Part shown: positions 58,559 to 64,000 of the stretch, piece by piece
How the letters are laid out: every line of letters begins with the position of its first letter
Numbering within the stretch: the first letter of the stretch is position 1
DNA from: an uncultured Verrucomicrobiae bacterium
Lineage (GTDB): Bacteria > Verrucomicrobiota > Verrucomicrobiia > Chthoniobacterales > UBA10450
Length of the DNA: 64,000 nucleotides
Assembly (NCBI GenBank): GCA_963791385.1
Contig: CAWBSH010000030.1
Coordinates: 188,381-252,380, forward strand
Direction of reading: 5' to 3'
Notes under the pieces: generated by a model
What the model saw: the letters and a program-made list of their open reading frames with translations, nothing else
What the model was told of the DNA's origin: nothing
Databases searched by the model: none
Position numbers and translations under genes: made by a program

Positions 58559-58662
58559 GCGGCAGAACATGCTGCCTATTTCTTCTTGCTCTTGCTCGTG
58601 ATCATGCTCTTGCTCGATTGCGGCTGAGAAGAAACGCCCAACGCCGAAGGATCAAACGTGCA

Positions 58663-59352
58663 ATGTTGAACTCAGCAAAACCGCGCCGCTTCTCGTGGCC
58701 AATCGCGTTCACAATTATTGCGTTCATCATTGCAACTACGATCGGTTTAATTTTTTTGCGTCTGGAAGGCTGGCCGGCGCGTACCGCGCGACAAAGCAGC
58801 GCTGAACTGGAGAGACTCGGCAGGAACTTGCGCGCGGCTTTTGTCGACATCGCGCATTTGCAGCCGCGCATTACGATCAATAACCGCGTCTATGTGGAAC
58901 AGACCACGCCGAGAAGTGAACTGGTCGTTCTTACACGCCGCATCGAAGTCGAACACGAACTGCTCCACACCTGGGTGGGCAGCTCGAAGCGCGTGAAACT
59001 GCACGGCACCTTCGTCGCCAAAGCCGGGTTCGATTTACAGCAGGGCCTTTCGATCAATATTCGACCGACCGAAATCGTCGTGCAGATCCCACACGCTCAG
59101 ATGCTCGGCATTGAGCAACAACAAGTGGACGTCCTTGCATTTGAAAATGGATTATGGAACCGGATTTCCGGGCAGGATGTTCAAAGCGAATTATCCGTCC
59201 TGCCTCAGCTGGCTTGGAAAAAGGCAGCGGAAAGTGGTCTGCCGGCTGAAGCCGAGCAAACATTGCGGCGGCAACTCGAAGAACGGATTCACACGCCGCA
59301 GCCGCTGCGTTTGGTCTTCAAAAACACTCCAGAAACAAACCGAAATGAATAA
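58663..59352 (+). CDS. DUF4230-like membrane-anchored protein
   Basis: The N-terminal TM helix is WPIAFTIIAFIIATTIGLIFL, followed by ...KLHGTFVAKAGFDLQQG..., which resembles DUF4230. Confidence 0.5.
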   Translation: MLNSAKPRRFSWPIAFTIIAFIIATTIGLIFLRLEGWPARTARQSSAELERLGRNLRAAFVDIAHLQPRITINNRVYVEQTTPRSELVVLTRRIEVEHELLHTWVGSSKRVKLHGTFVAKAGFDLQQGLSINIRPTEIVVQIPHAQMLGIEQQQVDVLAFENGLWNRISGQDVQSELSVLPQLAWKKAAESGLPAEAEQTLRRQLEERIHTPQPLRLVFKNTPETNRNE

Positions 59353-59478
59353 CGAGGCGCAAATGTCGAATGGTAGAGCAACTTCAAAGCACGAAGGCAG
59401 AAGAGAGCTGAAACGCACTCGCGACGCTTTGGTCACTCGAGCCTCATCATTGATTCGTCATTCTTCAGGACGCTGCAA

Positions 59479-61788
59479 ATGCCGCTAAGAAATCGCGTCG
59501 TTCTCAGTATCCTGTTGCTCTTGCTCATCGTCGTTTTGACGATTGCGCTTGCACCATTTGTTGTCTCCAATGGCGTTCGCCTATGGGTTTGGTGGTTTGC
59601 CCGGCAGGAGGGGTTCGTTGCCAGCATCGACAAGGTTGAAGCGCCATTTCTGCGTCCGATTGTGATTCGTCAGCTTCGCCTGAAGAGCGTCCGTGACGAT
59701 GCACTTCGCGTGGATGTCACCGCGACGGACGCTCGACTTAGCTTGGATTTGAAGCACATCCTTCTGCGCACTGGCGGCCACAATGTTCGCAATCTCTCGG
59801 TTCGCGAACTTCACGCGGAACTGCACCGCTCGAATCCGACCGTGCAGGAATTGAGCGAGCGCGGATGGGCAACTCTGCACCGGCTGCTCCCGCAAAACTT
59901 CAGCATCGCCAAGCTCGATACACGCGTCGAGAACGGACCAACTCTAATCTTGCTGCGGAATGCTTCTCTCTCTGCAAACGAGACTGAACCCGGCCGCTTC
60001 ACCGCTACCGAGCTCATGATTGCGTCGCCGTGGGTGCGCCAAACCTTTTCGCAATTGCGCGGGGCAACTCACTGGGAGACCAATCGCTTGACGGTCGCCG
60101 GAATTACTTTGACACACGGCCTCGACCTGGAGTGGGCTACGGTAGATCTCTCGCACGTAGGGAACGAGCGGCTGGGTTTGCAATTCGATGTTGATGCTTT
60201 CGGCGGCAAACTGCGTGGAAACATTTCGCATGAGTGGCATTCCCGGTATTTCAACTGGAAAATTGCAGGGGGCGCGGCCGACCTTTCGCTGGCGCAAATC
60301 TCCGAAGCACTGGGCTTCGCGGACCGCGTTAACGGCGTGCTTCACGCCGGCAACTTCACCTTTCGCGGTAACCTTGCCGAGCCGGACCGCGCAACCGCAT
60401 CGCTCTGGTGTGAATTGACCGGGCTCACATGGCGCGACCGCACAGCAGAAGCCATCATGCTCGGGGCCGCACTTTACAATCGCAAGATCGAGCTCCAGCA
60501 ACTTTACATCCGGCAAAAAAGTAACCAGTTCACGTTGAGCGGCGAAGCTGCGTTACCTGCAAACTCGTCGGAATGGCTGAGGCCGGATTTTCGCGGGAAC
60601 ATTTCGGCGTCGATTAATCAGCTCGGTGAGTTCCTTGCTCTTTTCGGTGCAAATCCAGCCGATTTCGCTGGGAAAATCAGCGTCGAAGGGTCAATGGACA
60701 CCCGGGGCAGAAAAGTCGGCGGCCACCTCGCGCTCCAGGGCGCGTCGATGACATTCTTCAACAGCGCAGTCGACGGTCTGGGTGCAAAACTGAATTTGAA
60801 AGCGACCGAGTTAGAGATCGAAGAGTTGGATCTGACACGCAAGAACGATTGTCTCTCAGGCCAAGGCAAAATCGATCTCTCGCCGGAGCACAACTATTCT
60901 GGAACACTCGATGCCCGGACCGACGATCTGCGCGATTATTTACCAAACCTTCGCGGATCACCTGGACAAAGATCACATGAGATTCCGGTAGAAGTTCAAG
61001 CGACGATCAACTCCAGTCAGTGGGAGACGCATAGCGTGATTCATTTGCCCGGCTCGAGCCCAATTACTTTCATGGCGAATTTTGCCTTGCCCATCGGGAC
61101 CTCTTGGAGCGCGTTTCAAATGTCCCCTGTCGAAGTTTCGGTTGATTTTCCGGCAATCTTTCTGGCGGCCGCACCCTGGTTTTTCCATCCGGAGATTTTT
61201 CAGGACGGAATTTTGAGCGGGAAGATTTCTCTTTCGGAAACCCTCCAGCACCCGCGCATCCTCGGGGACCTGCAGCTCATAAACGGCAAGCTCTCCAGCA
61301 GCAGTGGCTCTTTTTTCAATCTCACTGAGGCAAGCAGCCGAATTATTTTTGATGGCAAGCGTGCGTCTGTGGAATTTCTGAACGTGGCAACCAAAGATGT
61401 AGAACTTGCGCTTCGCGGAGAGATTGATTTTGAGGAGACCAAGGACGTCCTTGTCAGAATCACTGGAGCGACACCGCTGTTCGATGTGATGTCGCGTCCG
61501 ATCGACTGCGTCAATAAAATTGAAATCATCCCAGTAGCCCTGACACTTGCGCCCGCCGCGACAGAGCTGGAGTTTCGTGGCGGTCTTTCTGAACCCGACT
61601 GGAGCGTCAGCTTAAAGGAACAGAATGCCATTCAGCTTTTCAGTTCGTCGCCGGCCGAAAACACCACCCGCACGTTTCCGCTCTGCTTGCAGACAGGTTC
61701 GGAGGAAAAACCATTGTTACTCGGCGCGGTCCCGCGTGCCGAAGCCGCCCCAAAAGCGCGCCCAAGAAAATTGAAAAGGCAGCGGTAG
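59479..61788 (+). CDS. Large membrane-anchored AsmA/TamB-like protein of unknown function
   Basis: The N-terminal anchor is VVLSILLLLLIVVLTIALAPFVV. The body is long and beta-rich. The family assignment is tentative. Confidence 0.4.
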   Translation: MPLRNRVVLSILLLLLIVVLTIALAPFVVSNGVRLWVWWFARQEGFVASIDKVEAPFLRPIVIRQLRLKSVRDDALRVDVTATDARLSLDLKHILLRTGGHNVRNLSVRELHAELHRSNPTVQELSERGWATLHRLLPQNFSIAKLDTRVENGPTLILLRNASLSANETEPGRFTATELMIASPWVRQTFSQLRGATHWETNRLTVAGITLTHGLDLEWATVDLSHVGNERLGLQFDVDAFGGKLRGNISHEWHSRYFNWKIAGGAADLSLAQISEALGFADRVNGVLHAGNFTFRGNLAEPDRATASLWCELTGLTWRDRTAEAIMLGAALYNRKIELQQLYIRQKSNQFTLSGEAALPANSSEWLRPDFRGNISASINQLGEFLALFGANPADFAGKISVEGSMDTRGRKVGGHLALQGASMTFFNSAVDGLGAKLNLKATELEIEELDLTRKNDCLSGQGKIDLSPEHNYSGTLDARTDDLRDYLPNLRGSPGQRSHEIPVEVQATINSSQWETHSVIHLPGSSPITFMANFALPIGTSWSAFQMSPVEVSVDFPAIFLAAAPWFFHPEIFQDGILSGKISLSETLQHPRILGDLQLINGKLSSSSGSFFNLTEASSRIIFDGKRASVEFLNVATKDVELALRGEIDFEETKDVLVRITGATPLFDVMSRPIDCVNKIEIIPVALTLAPAATELEFRGGLSEPDWSVSLKEQNAIQLFSSSPAENTTRTFPLCLQTGSEEKPLLLGAVPRAEAAPKARPRKLKRQR

Positions 61789-61789
61789 C

Positions 61790-64000
61790 TCAGCTAGTTG
61801 CGTTGCTCGGTACGAGCCAGCGCGAAAGCTTCTCCTGCAAATCCGGCGTAAGATCAACGCGAAATTCCGTGCCTGCGTCCAGTCGCAACGAATTTCCGTT
61901 GCTGCGATCGAACAACAATTGGACGGAGTGGCGTCCGGGTGAGCTGACGAGAATGTTTCGGACCTGACGCAACTCATCGCCTGTCGTCGCGGCGGAAAAT
62001 CGCAGAACAATCGAGGATTGCTGTGGTTTCTCTGATGACGTGTCGGTTGCGCCGTTAGGTTTTCCATGGGCCAGCGGCTTGATTTCCAAAGCTGTAGCGC
62101 GCAGCATCTCGTCGCGTCTGTCCAGTGTTCCTTTCACTTCGACAACCCGCCCTGGCACGAGAACACTGGAGACCTTCAAATATACGTCGTTCCATACGAC
62201 TACCTCGAGCATGTCCATGAGATCTTCGATCCACACAATTGCAAATGGTTTGCCTTCCTTCTTCGTGAATTTTTTTTCCACCTCTACGATCGCTCCGGCG
62301 ATTTTGAACTGCGCGCGATCATCGAGCTCACTCAACGAAGCAATCGATCGATAATTTTTTGCTGCAAAAATTTCAGCATACGAGTCGAGCGGATGCCCAC
62401 TGACGTAAAATCCGAGAAGCTCTTTCTCGTACGAAAGCTTTTCGTGCTCCGTCCAAGGCCTAATTGCTTGCCGTCTGGCGGCCGTGGCGGCATGCGTTTC
62501 TTCATCGAAAAGCGAAACCTGTCCGGCTGCACGATCACGCTGTGCTATTGCCGACGCGCTTAGGGATTCATCGATACAGGCGAAGAGCTCTGCGCGGTCG
62601 CGGCTGGTAAAATCAAACGCGCCGGCCTTGATGAGGCTTTCCAACATTTTGCGATTGGCCACGCGCGAATCGAGCCGCGTGCAAAAATCCTCCAAAGAAG
62701 TGAACGCACCATGCTGCTCGCGCTCGCCGATGGCCATCGCCATAGCTGCCTCGCCCACGTTCTTAATCGCAGCGAGGCCATAACGAATTGCCATCGTGGC
62801 GCAAGCGTCCTCGGTTGCGCCGGCAGGGAGGGCAAGCGCGACGGATGCGCCACTCTCGGGCGTGAATTTCAATCCGCTCTTATTGACGTCCGGCGGCAGA
62901 ATGGAAATGCCCATGCGTTTGCACTCGCCTACGAACACGGAGATTTTTTCCGTGTTATTGATTTCGTTGCTCAGCAAACCGGCCATGAACGCGACTGGGT
63001 AATGCGCCTTGAGGAAGGCCGTGTGGTAGCTGATCACGCCGTACGCCGCGCTGTGACTCTTGTTGAAACCGTAGCCGGCAAATTTTTCAAGCAAATCGAA
63101 GATGGCGTTCGCTTTTTTTTCCGGGATTTTGTTCGTGCGAGCGCAGCCCTCGATGAAATTCCTGCGTTCTTTCGCCATCTTCTCCTTGTCTTTCTTGCCC
63201 ATTGCGCGCCGGAGAAGATCAGCTTGGGCGAGCGAGTAACCGGCAAGCTTGCTCGCAGCAGCCATAACTTGTTCCTGGTAAATCATCACGCCGTAGGTGT
63301 CGGCGCAGATATCTTCCAGCAGCGGATGCAAATATTTGATCGGGGTGATGCCCTTCTTCGCTTTCACGTATTCAGGGATCAGCTCCATCGGGCCGGGTCG
63401 GTACAACGCGATCAATGCGATGATGTCGTCGAGCTTCTTCACGTCGAACTGTTTCGAAAGACTGGTCATGCCGCCGGATTCCATCTGGAAGAGACCGATC
63501 GTTTCGCCGCGGTTATAGAGAGCGAACGCAGCAGCATCATCCAGCGGAACATTCTTCAACGAAAAGTCTGGCTGCCGTTCGCGAATCAGCGCGAGCGCAT
63601 CTTCGATCACGGTGAGCGTTTTCAATCCTAGAAAATCCATTTTCAGGAGGCCCAAATCGTTGAGCGGTCCCATGGCGTACTGGCTGATCACGTCATTGCC
63701 TTTCACGTCCCGACAGAGCGGGATGTAATCCGACAGATCCCGATCTGCGATGACCACGCCTGCCGCGTGCACCCCGGCGTTCCGCGACAAGCCTTCCAGA
63801 AGTTTCGCGTGCTCGAAGAGCTGTCGTGTAGCCGGCTCGGTGGCGACCGCCCGTTTCAGTTCCGCGTTTTTTCCAACGGCCGCATCCAGCGTGATGTTGA
63901 GCTCATTCGGAATCATCTTGGCAATGCGATCGGCGTCGCGATAACTCCAACCCAGCACCCGGCCCACGTCGCGCACGACGCTTTTCGCTTTAAGCTTGCC
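61790..64000 (-). CDS. dnaE: DNA polymerase III alpha subunit, C-terminal ~735 aa. The N-terminus lies beyond the window.
   Basis: The sequence GLLKMDFLGLKTLTVIEDA...FNKSHSAAYGVISYHTAFLKAHYP... is followed by an OB-fold tail. The frame stays open to position 64000. Confidence 0.9.
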   Translation of the reverse strand, partial: GKLKAKSVVRDVGRVLGWSYRDADRIAKMIPNELNITLDAAVGKNAELKRAVATEPATRQLFEHAKLLEGLSRNAGVHAAGVVIADRDLSDYIPLCRDVKGNDVISQYAMGPLNDLGLLKMDFLGLKTLTVIEDALALIRERQPDFSLKNVPLDDAAAFALYNRGETIGLFQMESGGMTSLSKQFDVKKLDDIIALIALYRPGPMELIPEYVKAKKGITPIKYLHPLLEDICADTYGVMIYQEQVMAAASKLAGYSLAQADLLRRAMGKKDKEKMAKERRNFIEGCARTNKIPEKKANAIFDLLEKFAGYGFNKSHSAAYGVISYHTAFLKAHYPVAFMAGLLSNEINNTEKISVFVGECKRMGISILPPDVNKSGLKFTPESGASVALALPAGATEDACATMAIRYGLAAIKNVGEAAMAMAIGEREQHGAFTSLEDFCTRLDSRVANRKMLESLIKAGAFDFTSRDRAELFACIDESLSASAIAQRDRAAGQVSLFDEETHAATAARRQAIRPWTEHEKLSYEKELLGFYVSGHPLDSYAEIFAAKNYRSIASLSELDDRAQFKIAGAIVEVEKKFTKKEGKPFAIVWIEDLMDMLEVVVWNDVYLKVSSVLVPGRVVEVKGTLDRRDEMLRATALEIKPLAHGKPNGATDTSSEKPQQSSIVLRFSAATTGDELRQVRNILVSSPGRHSVQLLFDRSNGNSLRLDAGTEFRVDLTPDLQEKLSRWLVPSNATS

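Overview
This is a 64-kb chromosomal segment from a moderately GC-rich bacterium. Gene content and repeat families suggest a soil PVC-group organism, probably Verrucomicrobiota-like, but that is inference only.

The left end (1-5229, all on the minus strand) is accessory DNA and holds the main discovery, a sedentary integron remnant. Five homogeneous ~124-bp attC sites separate at least six promoterless gene cassettes:
- a secreted alpha/beta hydrolase
- a two-gene cassette encoding a zinc-ribbon membrane protein and an 89-aa protein
- a HEPN (Rx4H) protein
- two ORFan proteins
- a secreted cupin

The array ends at an attI-like site. That site abuts the 3' end of an integron integrase, an inverted-intI layout. 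Only the C-terminal fragment of IntI survives, and it is fused in frame to a truncated DUF5615 toxin of a DUF433/DUF5615 toxin-antitoxin pair. The array continues beyond position 1.

The rest of the window is core genome:
- a tri-domain GH18-like/NodB deacetylase/GT2 exopolysaccharide synthase
- glycerate kinase, gatB, aroC
- a reverse-transsulfuration pair (cystathionine beta-synthase plus a gamma-lyase family enzyme)
- two large secreted repeat proteins (a 7-blade Kelch protein and an autotransporter-associated beta-strand repeat protein)
- an ECF sigma factor with a Ser/Thr kinase-TPR sensor
- rpsA, a PMT-family glycosyltransferase, asnS, an M13 peptidase, a PpiD-like chaperone, a PLP decarboxylase
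- tamB-bamA
- a CDF transporter and an M48 protease
- the rnpA-yidD-yidC-jag cluster, ald, and the 3' part of dnaE

Two intergenic repeat families are scattered through the window. One is a compound palindrome of the form TTGTAGGGCG...CGCCCTACAA. The other is a ~100-bp MITE-like element with GTCATTCTGAGCGAAGCGAA-type termini.

Many conserved genes, including rpsA, are split by single-base frame changes. Several of these sit at homopolymers, so the assembly is probably indel-prone and most apparent pseudogenes should not be taken at face value.

I recognised no rRNA, tRNA or CRISPR array.
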